DNA of 63,466 nucleotides, filler included, from Bigelowiella natans CCMP2755 (lineage: Eukaryota; Protista; Cercozoa), in the NCBI GenBank assembly GCA_000320545.1. It is 9 parts of 9 records of this genome, joined end to end, with 100 filler letters (N's around TTAATTAATTAA, not from the genome) between each part and the next. Parts side by side here need not be neighbours in the genome. Positions count along the whole stretch, not along the records: positions 48,800 to 51,415 come from ADNK01002842.1; positions 51,516 to 56,514 come from ADNK01000755.1; positions 56,615 to 59,457 come from ADNK01003664.1; positions 59,558 to 62,168 come from ADNK01002631.1; positions 62,269 to 63,466 come from ADNK01001053.1; 4 more parts are not named here. One strand, given 5' to 3'. Every line of letters begins with the position of its first letter. Position 1 is the stretch's first letter. The translations under genes and the position numbers were made by a program. Shown here in pieces: positions 49,543 to 63,330 of this stretch. Under the pieces are notes generated by a model, which worked only from the letters and a program-made list of their open reading frames with translations, was not told the DNA's origin and did not search any database.

Positions 49543-50318
49543 AATTTCATATCATCACAACTATCACCATCATCAACAGCAGCATCAGCGTCGTTCAAGC
49601 ATGCTATTATATCGTATATCATGCATATGTCAGTACATACAAAGGTTTCTCCGAGGTGATCAGTGGCCGCAAGCGATGGTTCATGTAAATTCTCAAAACG
49701 CTCCAAAACATCCAACGAAGATATTCTCTTTGTGAAAGGGGGGGGGGGGGAGGGGGGGGGTTTCACACTTGGGCTGAAAACTGGGCAATGGGCTGTTGTT
49801 TTGTGAAGACTGACGGCTTTCTAAATGCATCTTCCTTGTCATCATCATCGTAGATATCCTCCTGGCTATCTTCCTAGTTTTGAGCCTAATCGCACCACCA
49901 TCCAATGGCTGAATGAAAGGTGTTTGCTTCTGTAGATAGGAGAACGTACGCCAGCGCGAGAGAGAGAGGGGGGGGGTTGGAAAGAGAAGCACACATGCTC
50001 CTGTGCCAAATGCAATTTAATCAATATAGATCTTGTATGATTTTTATGCTCTGCATTCAACAAAAAACACCATAAAAAATACGCAACAATTACCTACCGG
50101 TTTTCCCATCGTCTAGGTATAGAGGCTCCGATGATAACGAGCTCAAGGAATGTACCATACACCCGGGAGAGGTGATCCACGTGATAAAACGAACACGATG
50201 CTTCTCCAAGCATACGATCTCCCCGAGCATCCTCCCGTTTCTACATCCACACTTCTCGTGGCTTCAATGCATCGTGATTACGTTCTTACCTAGCTCATCA
50301 ACAGCCTTTTGAGAGAGA

Positions 50319-50349
<31 letters not shown>

Positions 50350-50354
50350 TCATA

Positions 50355-50390
<36 letters not shown>

Positions 50391-50514
50391 GATGACACGG
50401 TTTGGTTTTGCTTCATCGTTGCAGGTGCTTTATTTCCCGGACGGCGCTTACCACGCTACCCTTAACTTAGACACGACGGTGTTTGTTTCCTCGTTCATTA
50501 GAAGTAGTAGCTGA
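49108..50514 (+). CDS. JMJD8: JmjC-domain protein, JMJD8-like (5' incomplete)
   Basis: ALSFGVGAMMS|GVPFHFHGP|GFSEVISGRKRWF|YPPGYLPSFEPNRTTIQW...ECTIHPGE|VLYFPDGAYHATLNLDTTVFVSSF*. This has the H-x-H...H metal site typical of JMJD8. Confidence 0.9.
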
Positions 50515-51415
50515 TGCATGTACAGACGCAAAGAGCCTTAAGAAGATGAAGTGGGCGCCCAGCAGGGCAGTTTTAACCCGTGGCAGCTTGAGTACGAGAT
50601 TCTAGAAATCTGCTGTGTTTAGTAAAAGAGCGACCGCGCTTTGCTTGCTTCCACCATGCGATTGATACGATAGGAGTAGCATGCTGTGGTGTGCATTCGA
50701 TGCATGGCTACGTATACATCTGTGTAGGTCTATCCCTGAACAAGCTCCTGCACAACATTCTGCATTTGCTGCTGTCGCTGTATAGCTGCTAAAATGCTAG
50801 AGTGCACCCACCGCAAGCGGTCATGCAGATCGACCATCGCATTGCGCAACGCAGTGAGCACACGCTCGTAGCGAGAACAGAAGAAGAATGCCGCTGTGGG
50901 TTATTGCCGGCTAGAGAAATATATCTTGACATGTGTATTCCAATCTAGTCGTCACCCACCGTCCATCATCACGCTTCATTTACAACACAATTCTATGAAG
51001 TGATGCTGACACAAATATGTGCATAAACAGATACAACACCAGAACATAAGCGCCAGCATTGCTCAGCTCTAGAGTTACATGAGCTAGTGAGGATGATTAT
51101 TGAAAAATGTAATCATTTCATTGCATCCGTCTCACTTGTATAACCATTCCTCTCGGTCTGCAACGCACGCTCACTAGTGTGCGCCGGGCTGCTCATGCTA
51201 GCATCCAGCCCACTCATCACGTGGCTTTGGGGGCGGTCCACGAGGCGTCAGCACGGCCGCAGTCGTAAATTATCTCTCGATGCGTCGACCAGACTAGCTT
51301 GATAGCCTCAGGAGTGTGGATCCCAGCGCTCCGTGGGTCTCCTGGGAATGGTTGGCAGCCCCCCCCCCCCTACCTACCTACTACCTACTACTACTACTAC
51401 TACTAACTACTAACT

Positions 51416-51515
51416 NNNNNNNNNNNNNNNNNNNNNNNNNNNNNNNNNNNNNNNNNNNNTTAATTAATTAANNNNNNNNNNNNNNNNNNNNNNNNNNNNN
51501 NNNNNNNNNNNNNNN
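51416..51515. other. Artificial contig spacer
   Basis: N44-TTAATTAATTAA-N44. Confidence 0.98.
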
Positions 51516-53050
51516 TTTCAACGGCACCACTGTCACAATTTCTGGAGTTGGTAAGACGCACACTTCCTCTACTAGCACTACTACTGAGACAGAAATAACC
51601 AAATGGTACTCTGGCTTCAATCGGCGCCTGAGCATCCCCCCCCCAACCCCCCCCATCTAACACTCTCCCCCACCTTCGGATAAAACATAGGAACGGGGAA
51701 TCCTATTGACGGCCCTTTCCCCCCGGCAAGATTTAAGGTAGTATTCCCTTTCACGTCATAAGTTGAGAGGAAGTCACGAAGAGAGGGGGGAAGCAGGGAG
51801 GAGAAATGGACGAAATCGCTATGATATAGCATAAATATATATATATATATATATATATATCATACTCTCTATTAGCGGCTCTCTAGAGAGATGCAAAATG
51901 TGAACATCGATGTGTGTGTCTGTCCACGTGAGTGTTCGTATGAGCGTGTATGTTGGTGCTTCAGACGCCCAGGTCGATTGCAGCCGATTGGGTGGGCAAT
52001 TTCTGGTACGTGGCTGATTCCAAGGGTAACTCGATTCGGGAGCTGGATCTGCAGCAAAATATGGTAAGTATCATCTAATCGAAAAGACATGTCACGTGTA
52101 CCCAAAATGAGATGTGGAAACTTGGGCGAGGGGGGGGGGACGGGGGGAGGGACATTCAGCGGTTGTTGGAATAGTACTGCTAAGGGCCGGGGTTATTTCT
52201 CAAGAGAGCAGATCCCACTTTGCCATCACCGAAACACCTCCAGCTATTTTCAAAAATACCGCACTGGAAAACATAAGAAGGAGGAGGAGGGGGAATGAGG
52301 GTGGCGGGAGGGCTGGAGACGAGAACGAATAGCTTGACAACTCATAAACCGTGTCTTATTTGGGAAGGTTAATACCATCGCCGGGAGTGCCTCCAGCGGC
52401 CTGCAAGACGGTACTATCTCCACAGGCCCAACATCCTAGTATTAAACGACGTTTTAAACGTGTAGACGGACAGATGGGTTCCGCACCTTCGCATCAGCTA
52501 TTGTTAGGCGCCTTGTCAAAACACCGATGATGAAATTTCTCTAAAAGCGAATCGGGACCAATCACCGCGAAAACAACCCCCTTCATAGGTATTGGGGCAA
52601 CTGCTCGGTTCTACCGGCCTCAAGGCCTGATCTACCGCCTTGGGAATCTCTACGTCGCTGAGCGGGTAGGGGAGAGAGCACGATGTTTCCAGTCTTTTGC
52701 TTTAGTGATAGTGATGGGTTGACGGATACGAAGTGAGGCAGCACCTGTGGGGAGTGGTGAAGGAGCGAGAGTAGTGCCAACTGAGGCTCGATTCGTATCA
52801 GAGACCAAGATATATCTGTTAACGGCACTCTGACCGATGTGCCTTGACATTTTCTATCACGCCGCTACAAAGCATCTCACCGTTTCAAAGAATCAAAACT
52901 GGTCACTCCTATAATAATACCGATGGGTTATGTCTGTTTCAGAACAATAATGCTGTGCGACAAATTAACGTGGCAACGAAAGAGACCTGGACTCTCGCTG
53001 GAGGCGCAGCTGGGTGGGCGGCATGTTCTGTCCTATGCACGCATAGACGG

Positions 53051-53091
<41 letters not shown>

Positions 53092-54032
53092 AGAGAAAGA
53101 GTGAGGTACATATGCATATGCCGTTGTATTTGGTGCACAGGAATGCAATCTAAAGATGGGTTGCGCGTGGTCCATTCTTCCAGCCCTCTATTTTTTGATG
53201 ACGTAAAAAGAAATAAAGTGCTGTTTGGATAGGTCTGCTGATGGGCTTGGAACGTACGCGTCATTCAAGGAACCCTTCGGGTAACTACCAATTTGTGGAT
53301 AAATTTTAATCTCGAAAACCAACTTTTTTTTGGCGGTGAAAGAAGGACGAGGCGCTTGTTCTTCCTTCCTTTCCGCATGCAGAGATGCCTCAAGCCACCT
53401 CCATCCTCCCTCGCCCCTACCATGAGCGCTCACGATAAAATGTGACGCGACTGTCTTGATATTCGCATTCTTTCGTCGTCCCCCTCCTCTCATCCGAACC
53501 TTACGTCTCTCCGCTTTTCGGCTCTGGGTTAGGGTGATGATGTTCGCCTCTGCCGACTCGCCCCTCCGCATTCTCGTGGCCGATCATGATAATAAGCTTC
53601 TTCGCACCTTGGACTCCTGCTACAGCGTTGAAGCCGTCGATAAATATTGCACTGACCAGGTGGCTGCAGCACAGTAAAAGCGCCGCTGCTCTCTCTCTCT
53701 CACGAGGCAGTCCCTGTAGCATTCGAATTGAAGGGGGTTAGGGTGAGGGTCGGGGGACACGTTTTTCGATGGAAGAGGGTAGCGCCATTGAAAATTGAAA
53801 ATGGGGACGAAGTGAGCAGTATCCTTATCATTTGATAATCAGACGCCGTTACTCCATGACTATCGTAACACTTACATCTCGCAAACCTGGTGCGAGGACC
53901 AGTGCAATACCGACCGCGATTGCTACTTCTTTCTTTACAAAAATGAGCCAGGTATACAGACATGGTAGTGGTGGCAAATCATGTAAAATTAGCAGCAGTG
54001 TTGTGGTTCTGGAAAAATAGAAGGGATTTATC

Positions 54033-54067
<35 letters not shown>

Positions 54068-56281
54068 CCACACATATATTCAAACACACGCACTCACGCA
54101 CGCACGCACGTACACGCATTGTGAGGCAAACTCAAAAACCATCATGGGCGTCTCTACATTATTTACTTGAACAAGAAATAATAACTCGAATGGAATGATC
54201 AGGAACGGGTTCTCGCTATCATTGCGCGGCATTTTCATCGTGCTCTACTGCAACTGCCTATAGTGACGGGGATTCGGCGGTAGGTATTTAGGAGATGCAC
54301 GAGCATGCAAAGCAGCAAAAAGCGTCTGCCCACCCACCGCCTCTTTTCCTATGCACATCCTCGAATAGAGAGAGATTTATTATTTGCCTCTCCCAAGAGG
54401 ATCATACGCACGAATTTCAAACTGTGTTCTCCGTGTCATATCATACTAGGTGATCTATTCAAAGAAGCCTATTTGCGTCGTCTACGGCACCAAGGCCCCC
54501 ACAGTCACCTCTGCCCCATCTACATCCCTCGCTCCCACGCACTCTCCGACCCGCGCACCTATCCTACTTACGGACAACAGGCTCTTCAATGGCGACTTTG
54601 ATGCCGATGACTTGCAATTTACGCTTGGACTTACCATCCAAACCGTACTGAATGGTGTTCTCTGCGGAAATGGATTCTGCCAACAAGCCCCTCAAGGATG
54701 GGGGAGTGTAAATTCGTACGTGATTACCAATCCCAACACTATTTGGGGTACCAGTAACTCTGGAAACGGAGTCGGGGCTGTCGCGCTGCAGGGGAGGACG
54801 TCAAAAGTATATCAAACCTTCCAAGTAATAGCGGGGCGACAATATGTGGTCTCTGCACGCGTAGCACAGCGTTTACACGTGGGAGGTTTCAACGAGACGA
54901 AAAAGGCGCTCGTTCGGGTTGTTGATGGTGGGTCAGACTCGACGATTGATCTGGCCAAAAATGAATTCCTTCCTCCAATGAATGGGACAGGGGCCACAAA
55001 TGCGGCGAACTGGGCAAATATTACCTTACAGTAATCGCCAGAAATTTTGCTTTTCGATGCTTAGCCCTGCCCTTTTGAACGAACCTACGATGAATGATGG
55101 CGTGCACTGATGGTGTATTATTTTCATGATTGAATGTGACTGTCTATTGTGACTCATCTCTTTCGTATCTGGCCTTTATTACATTTCTTCTTCGTATTTC
55201 TAGATTCACGGCCATAAGCAGCAGGACCACCCTCTTCCTAGAGAACGCCTGCTTACCAAATGGGGACTTCACGATATTCGTCGATGATGCCAAAGTCCTC
55301 CTCCTGCCCTCATTGAGCCCGACGACCGGACCGTCCTCGGCCCCAACCAATAACCCGACGTGTACCCCTACCACTGCTTCTCCGAGTAGCGCTCCTACGT
55401 CAAGCCCGACTATTGGACCGTCCTCGGCCCCAACCAATAACCCGACGTCCTCGCCTACCACTGCTTCTCCAAGTAGCACCCCTACATCCAGCCCTGTGAG
55501 TGCGAGTCCCACCCGGTCGCCAAGTACTGCCTCGCCCGTCACGCTGCACCCTGTGACGGGGGCGCCGGCGACGCAGCACCCGCAAACGCTATCCCCAGCA
55601 ACATCGAGCCCGACAGGGTCACCTAGTCTATCACCCACGACTGCTCAGCCAGGCACCTCTCAGCCAAGTAGCTCGCCCTCCACACAGAACCCCCACTTCC
55701 TCACATATTCACCGACGCAAACCCGTCACCCTTCTCTGTCGCCAGCAACCTTCTGCCCGTCAGCCTCCCCGCAATCGATGACTCCCAGTCGCTCTCCCAG
55801 CTGCTCTCCCACTTCTGGGTCCCCCGTATCCCATGCGCCGTCCGTATCACCCAACACACCGTCGCCGTCCTCGCGCGCCCCCAGCAGATCGCCATCGTCT
55901 TCTGCTCCTTCCTCCTACTCGCCAGTGACGACTCATCCGTCAACGGACAACCCATCTCAGGCTCCGAGCGCCAGCCCGAAAACGTATTCTCCCATCACTC
56001 TCTCCCCCTCTTCTCTGTCCCCGTCCTCCCTCTCCCCCTCGACGATGGCGCCTTCTGAGGCTGCGGCGGCCCCCATCGCACGGGAGGCCTTCTTCCACGA
56101 TGCCTTCCGAGGACTTTCTGTTAGCTTTAGCACTCCCACCAACACACCAAATGGCGGAGGAGGAGGCGGGAGCAACCAGCGGAATTGCGATGGCCTTCTC
56201 TCTGCGGGGACTATTGCCAAGCTGGGGGCACAGCCGACATGTGCATGGGTTGGTGTAGACGATAGTCTTAGTGTTTCCTTA
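51516..56281 (+). CDS. Large extracellular mosaic protein: NHL repeats, PAN/Apple-like Cys domain, CBM4_9/DUF642-like domain, Ser/Thr/Pro mucin stalk and start of a further Cys-containing domain; both ends truncated
   Basis: NHL: TPRSIAADWVGNFWYVADSKGNSIRELDL, GIGATARFYRPQGL, DGLGTYASFKEPFG. PAN-like: WCEDQCNTDRDCYFFLY. CBM-like: LFNGDFD...VYQTFQVIAGRQYVVSARVAQR...FTA...IFVDDAKV. About 240 aa of xSPT repeats follow, then AREAFF...VSFSTPTN...C...LGAQPTCAW. Confidence 0.8.
55319..55492 (+). repeat. 87-nt (29-aa) tandem duplication in the mucin-like exon
   Basis: PTTGPSSAPTNNPTCTPTTASPSSAPTSS / PTIGPSSAPTNNPTSSPTTASPSSTPTSS, with units starting at 55319 and 55406. Confidence 0.9.
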
Positions 56282-56385
56282 CAGTATCAATACCACAGAG
56301 TGGAAGAGACATAACGTTGATTTACACCGGTTGACGTACACGCCGAACTCTCCCAGGCGCATCAGAAACGCACGCACACACAGGG

Positions 56386-56421
<36 letters not shown>

Positions 56422-56514
56422 GGGGAGGGTGCGGTTTCGGGCTGGAGCACGGAGCAAGAAATGGTTTGAATGGTATCGGGTGAGCGTTACCGGGCGTGTA
56501 GGAGGAAGGAGAGA

Positions 56515-56614
56515 NNNNNNNNNNNNNNNNNNNNNNNNNNNNNNNNNNNNNNNNNNNNTTAATTAATTAANNNNNNNNNNNNNNNNNNNNNNNNNNNNNN
56601 NNNNNNNNNNNNNN
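56515..56614. other. Artificial contig spacer
   Basis: N44-TTAATTAATTAA-N44. Confidence 0.98.
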
Positions 56615-56704
56615 TCGTCGTCGTTCGTCGTCGTGTGTGTGGCGGGGGGGGGTGGGTCTCTACAAAACACCAAACTACGAGCAAAACATCATCGTCGTCG
56701 TACA

Positions 56705-57325
56705 TGAGAAGAGCCTCGCCATCGATACGTTGCTGCCTCAAAAACCTACCAAACAGCGAAGAAGAAAGAGAGGGTGTGAGCATGGATACGAAGGAGACAT
56801 TTCATCATTATTCATTCAGTTATTTGGTCAAATTAGATTTGAAATTGGCTGGTAGTGCGTCTCACGACTGCTCCCCACCTTTATTGTGTCCTCGTCAAGT
56901 CCAACGTACCCTGCCCAATCTATGACCTGTAAGGAAGAGAAGATGGGGATAGAGGGGGGAGGGGAGACGAACAGTGAGCAAGAAGAAGTATTGATGTAAG
57001 GGAAAGAATCGATATATCACAGCAATTCTCCCCTGCTTTCTCTTGCCACCCCCCCGCCCTCTCCTTCTTTTCGCCTCCTCTCACCTGGTCCTCCCTCCAA
57101 GTCTCTATTCCTTGCTTCGGTACTTCAAATGACTCCCACCCCTCATCGAGGAACTCCTGATCATGGACAACAACAACAACAACACGGGTGAAAAACAATC
57201 CTCCTCGACGGAGACGAGCAGCATCATCAGCAGCAATAACAATGGCGACGACATGCCCAAGAAACGAAGTGGAGGCCGAACTAAAGCCTTCGATATGATA
57301 ATAAAAATCATAATAGAGTCTGCAG

Positions 57326-57367
<42 letters not shown>

Positions 57368-57502
57368 GTTCTTTGTTCTCCATCATAATAATCACCATCT
57401 TGATGATGAGCACACCACCAATAGAATCAAAGACAAAGTACACGAAATAGCTAACGCAGTTACGGTTGTTCTAACTAGGATTATGCGTATTTACGTGCAC
57501 GT

Positions 57503-57542
<40 letters not shown>

Positions 57543-58510
57543 GCGCGCGCTGAGGTAGCAACCTCCTCGTCTCTAAGCATATCGTAAGGGTTATCATCCT
57601 CCTTGTCCATCACCATCTGGAGAAGAGAAAAAGGGTTATATTGAGCATCACCAAACGAAAAGAATAGCAACATCAAGGCCAACAACTATCACCAAAAATA
57701 ACGTGTGAGGACACAAGCACTTCCCCCCCCCCCCCCCCCCCAATTTCATCGTTGCCTCATCTCAACCTTCCGAGCAATTGGAAGCAGCTGCTGTGCATTT
57801 TTCACGCGTACATCTTCAGGAGGTAAGACCTTTTTCGAGGATGATGATGATGATGATAATGATGAACCATGATGACAGCGATCACCAATGCGTCTCACAT
57901 GTTTCCCACTCACACGAATATCACCCCCCCCCTCACTAAATTACTTTGTGACTATATATAAATGCGTATTCCGTAATTTCCAGAAAATACTTTAAAGGTA
58001 AACATGTACATCTGCAGTTCTTCCTCTCTTCGTCTTTCTTCACGTCTCTCTTTTGTTCTTTCTACTGAAAGTACTCACTGCTGCTGCTACCTCTAGAAGT
58101 GTGCTAAGAGAGACACCAAGGAATTTGAGTGCCTGCTCGGCCTCCCCTTCCGAGATCAGCACCGCAGCAATCTATTTAACGAAAAGAAAGAACTATTACC
58201 ATCATCATCATCATCATCATCATCATTATCATCACATCAGCAGCAACAACAACAACAACCATAACAATAACAATAAGACGGGGAGTAGGAAGAATATGCT
58301 CATGCACAGAAACACTACCCCCCCCCCCCCCGCGCGCGCGCGCACTTACTTCGTCACCGTATGCAATTGCTGCTGCTGCTGCTGCTGCTGCATGATTATT
58401 GTTGTTTGTGTTGATATGTTTTTGTTACTCCCAACCTTGACACCGATGAGAGCAGCATCCACATTTTGGTATCCTCCCTGTTATCAGCAAAGATGAGAAA
58501 AATTACATAA

Positions 58511-58554
<44 letters not shown>

Positions 58555-59008
58555 ATAAATATATTTACTGTTATTACTGCTACTACTTCTCACCATCGCA
58601 TTTCCATTCATTTGATAGGCTGTCAGCCACTCCTACAATCAACCGCAAGATGTAAACAACTAGCGACGACGACGATGTAGAATCATCAAGCAGCAGCTAC
58701 AAACAAAAGACAAGTATGATGATATCGAGAGTATCTCCTCTGTCTCCTCTTCTTCCTACTCTTCGCCGTGTGTGCTGCATACCCTCAATGCAGCTTTGTG
58801 GTCTCCCTACACCATTCAAATGTGAGAATAGCAGCTCAGGTTCAATCGTAAAATGCATGTTATGTGTGTAGAAATCGTTCCTTTTCTCAAGGCAGGAAGA
58901 AGATGGTGAAGCTAGATGATGATGTGAAAAGAGGCAGCCATTACCATCTGATGCCTAGCAACACCGATTTCTTGAATACAGTCAGCAAGCTGTTGATGAG
59001 AGACGACA

Positions 59009-59053
<45 letters not shown>

Positions 59054-59391
59054 CACACGCAGAGATTCTGAGAGAAGTGCAATATGATGAACTCCTCCCC
59101 CCCCCTTCCCTTCTCCTATCTGTTCGCCTTACCTCAACGCATTCGCCCATCTTCGTTATAAGCAGCTGATAAAGGAGGAGGAAGAAGAAGAAGAAGAAGA
59201 AGATGATGATGATGATGCCAGAGATGCAGCTAGTAAATGTATGGTCATTATTTGTGTGTTTGGGTTCGGGAGGGATTAGAGACAGCAGTAGTCTCTACTG
59301 CCGGCATTATCATCCAACTTAGTGGTGCGCTGCTAGGCTACAACTAACTACAAACCGCACCGTCTTTGCAATCTCAAGGAGCTTTAGCCGA
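56705..59391 (-). CDS. Helical-repeat protein with a C-terminal SAM (sterile alpha motif) domain; both ends truncated
   Basis: Joined exons IETWREDQ|VIDWAGYVGLDEDTIK, then ...QQRIDGEALL, match the SAM pattern W..edV..W...GL...F....IDG.aLL. Upstream short exons look helical (LADCIQEIGVARHQM, AEQALKFLGVSL). Confidence 0.65.
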
Positions 59392-59420
59392 GCTCAAAGT
59401 TCTGATAGGGGGGTGTTCAT

Positions 59421-59457
<37 letters not shown>

Positions 59458-59557
59458 NNNNNNNNNNNNNNNNNNNNNNNNNNNNNNNNNNNNNNNNNNN
59501 NTTAATTAATTAANNNNNNNNNNNNNNNNNNNNNNNNNNNNNNNNNNNNNNNNNNNN
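59458..59557. other. Artificial contig spacer
   Basis: N44-TTAATTAATTAA-N44. Confidence 0.98.
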
Positions 59558-59839
59558 TGAACCCTGCCACCAATGGTGCTCTCCAATTTCAAACATGTTC
59601 TTATCCCAACCGCCATTAGCGAAGACCGTGCCAGCTACAGCACCGAAGAGTGAAGACCGAAGTATGGTAGGTGGGTGGTGTGGTGTTCTCAGCGCGGCTG
59701 CTCGAGAACACTAGTATATTGTCAAATGCTGTATTGACACTCGCATTATTTTTCATGACCACGTCTTTGGTTCAGGAAAAAGAAAGCTTGGAAAAAAAAA
59801 GGTTCCGCAAAAAAAAAAGAAATCATGGAGATTTATAAT

Positions 59840-60013
59840 TTTCCTAAAGAAAAGCCGGCGATGCTAGCAGTTGATAGCTGCAGGCTTGGGTATCTTTGAA
59901 GTCGATGTCCTTAAGGAGCTCATAAGCAGCCTAGATGATAAAAAGCAACCATCCGCCATTTGGACGTCACATATTGGTTGGTTACTCTCGCATATAAAAC
60001 ATAATATATTCAC

Positions 60014-60081
<68 letters not shown>

Positions 60082-60156
60082 TAACTGAGAGAAACATTAT
60101 GATCCAGGAAATCTATGTTTGTAATTACTCTCACGACGTGGAATATTATATATATA

Positions 60157-60196
<40 letters not shown>

Positions 60197-60688
60197 TAAT
60201 TAATATTATTTACCTATGTACTATATTTTGTATTACTGAATAAAGTCTGTTTGCAAGCTGGAGATTTCCTTTCAAGAAAAAGGTATTCCCCACGTTCTTC
60301 CTCTCGAGCGCCGCATCCACCTATACATGCATGGTTTGTTTCTCGTGTATCTATCAATAGTCGGCAGCGCAGAGAACGAATACGCAACTCTAAGCCGAAT
60401 TTAAGGCCCAAAATATCGTTTGTCTCCATAGTCTATAACACCCATATTCATACTTTGCTTATTACTGGGAATAAGCTATTTCAACTACTGACGGTGGTTA
60501 TTCCGATGTATCTCCTCTAAAATGCGACAGCCATTGCCATATTGACATCGACGCTCTTCATACGTGAATGATGTGTGTATAGCTATAGCGTGTACTGCTG
60601 CTTGTTACCTTGTCTGTGGCGTTTTCGAGCTCAAACGGCTCAAGGACCTAGTTATTATCGATAATATATTATATATATTAATTAATAA

Positions 60689-60731
<43 letters not shown>

Positions 60732-60756
60732 TATATTTATAAAAACACATATGTGG

Positions 60757-60796
<40 letters not shown>

Positions 60797-60926
60797 CAAT
60801 GACCAGAATCGGCACACAAAATGTTCTGATTGAAGGGTTGCCTTCTTACCTTGGTGAAGTTCTCACATGTTACGTGGAATTCGCATAACGTGCTATTGGA
60901 CACCTGTTACACACACAAACATACAC

Positions 60927-60967
<41 letters not shown>

Positions 60968-61205
60968 TAACAACTGAGTGTGCGTGGGTATGCTTCGGTG
61001 TCGTTGTGTTGGCGCGTGTTTCTTTACTTGAGGAAACATGCGCTTTCCTCCTGAATCGACTAAGCTCGATCCTGATAAATCACATGGGAACGTGAGAACG
61101 GCGCTCGCTGTGTTGTGGGGCTGAAAAGAAGGCCTTGGTAAGAACATACTATGTCAAATAACCTAAATGAAACCATCTTTCTCAGGAGCAGTATACATAT
61201 ATATA

Positions 61206-61241
<36 letters not shown>

Positions 61242-62091
61242 CAATAACAACAGCAAATGTTTGTTGTATTTGCTGTGCAGCAAGCAGCAAACGCTGACCG
61301 TTGATAGTAACAAGCGATTCCTCAGCTTTCTTCATCGTCAAAATCGCCTGGAATAACACAACACAAGATACATTTTGAATGTAGTTACGATATATACACT
61401 AACCGTCGTTCTTGAAAGGAAAACCACGTATTTGTTGCGCTATTGTGATGTGAGCTGCAAACACCACCAAGCGCACAAATACGCGCGTTTCCTTCAAACG
61501 ACAGCAAAAAGGAGAAGGCATGTGTTGTTCTTTTTCAGCACGTGCACGTACTAAAACATTTATTTAGAAACAGACATCCTCTCGATGAAACCGGGGGGAA
61601 ATGCGAATCTGTGCATTATTAGTCTCTATCCGTCCAATCTCACCTTTTCGACCGGCCATGGCACAGCATCCTGGCATCCATTAAGAGAAAACAAAAAGGC
61701 AAACATCATCTGTTTTGCTGATCATTCTAAAGCTATAATGCGACCAAAAGAGCACATACGCGCGCGGGGGGGGAGGGGGGGGGGGGGGGGGGGGGGGGGG
61801 TTCAGCACAAAAAAAAAATTTGCCGCTCCCCCGGGGATAAAAATCGAGGGCGATCCCGACGGGTTTTCCCCCCAACTCGTGGGGTTCCGCTGGCTGGGCG
61901 CGCTTGTCCCCTTCCACGCAGGGAGGGGAATTGGGTGTAGAGGAGATATCTAAGCTGGACTGAGTTTAGAACCCAATGTTGAGCGGTGGGCTCACCGTAC
62001 TAAGCCCCCATGTCGGAACAAAACGCGCAAAGAGTGGAACCGCGACGAAAATCGTAGTGGTTGCTAAGAAGGACAAAAAAAATGTCAACAT
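59840..62091 (-). CDS. Putative signal-peptide-bearing multi-exon gene, function unknown
   Basis: ATG at 62091 gives [32 protein letters not shown], then donor GTGAGC. Further plausible exons: [58 protein letters not shown]. The full model was not assembled. Confidence 0.35.
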
Positions 62092-62168
62092 GCGTCTCGT
62101 TTGGCTAAGTGGTTGTAAAAATTTAGGTCAGGTCCTGGTGCTAATACAGAGACGGGGGGGGGGGAGAA

Positions 62169-62268
62169 NNNNNNNNNNNNNNNNNNNNNNNNNNNNNNNN
62201 NNNNNNNNNNNNTTAATTAATTAANNNNNNNNNNNNNNNNNNNNNNNNNNNNNNNNNNNNNNNNNNNN
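62169..62268. other. Artificial contig spacer
   Basis: N44-TTAATTAATTAA-N44. Confidence 0.98.
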
Positions 62269-62403
62269 GAGCCTGGCCAGGATAGAAGCGAACCCCAGCA
62301 GAAAGAGCGCCAGACTTCCGAGAGGGAAGTCATGACACGAGATCGATCGTGACCACGAGCCAAGGGATTAGATTCACAACTGATCCAGCCCATCATATCT
62401 CGA

Positions 62404-62860
62404 ATCATCGAATGCGATCAGCAATATCCTTCAAAGCGATGGGGGCAAACAAGTAGGGTAGTACGGAGAGCGGTTTGGCATCCAGCATCTGGATCCCGAC
62501 AATATCAAGATATGTTTCAGCCTAGAATTCATACATGAAAAATACCAGTGATGGCATACACGGAAAAGACAGCGGAAAGTTTAAAGGGCTAGGAGTAACC
62601 CCAATTGGTCATCGAGAATATATTTTTTATAGAAAGAACATTGTCCTAATTAATCCAAACCAAACAGAAGAATACCGTTTTCCCTTCTCCCCTGTCTGTT
62701 TTTCCCCGTTTAGGACGAAAAAGACCAATTTTTAGTTTATTTCCCTTGGATCGGTTTCCCCCCCCCCCCCCCCCCCCCCCACACACAGCTATTGGACACG
62801 TCGCGACTATCACTACGCATGGTCGATGCCTCAAGACGGTACTATTTGCCGTGATTGTGC

Positions 62861-62893
<33 letters not shown>

Positions 62894-63330
62894 AGAAGGG
62901 GCAATGATTCTCATGATTGATGACCAGCATTGACGATGGTGCGGCGACCCTCAAACTCCCCATCCAGTGATGGACTTAATTTTTACGTGTATTATTATAT
63001 TTGCGTTTGTAGCGACAAGCAAGTGGTGTTAGCTGAAGTGTTGAACTCGGCCAAAGGTAAAAGCGAGGAGTGAGAGAGAGAGAGAGAGGGGGGGGAGGAT
63101 AAAGGATAAGGGGGATAAGAGGGTGGCATCATGATAGCAGCCATCTATACTCCTACTTTGATATACCAAATACTACACTAGTTGATATCCTCCTCATTTG
63201 TCGTGGTTATGATGGTGTATCATGGCGTTGTCTTCAGAATCCATGGGCGGCAGCACCGTCGTCTTCTGCAATACAATCGATAGCGCGCGTGCAACCGACC
63301 TCTACCTGAAGGAAGCAGGGTGAGAGTGCC
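62404..63330 (-). CDS. 3' exons of an unidentified gene
   Basis: Last-exon candidate after a TAG acceptor: AETYLDIVGIQMLDAKPLSVLPYLFAPIALKDIADRIR*. Upstream candidates: VEVGCTRAIDCIAEDD and PSLDGEFEGRRTIVNA. Confidence 0.3.
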
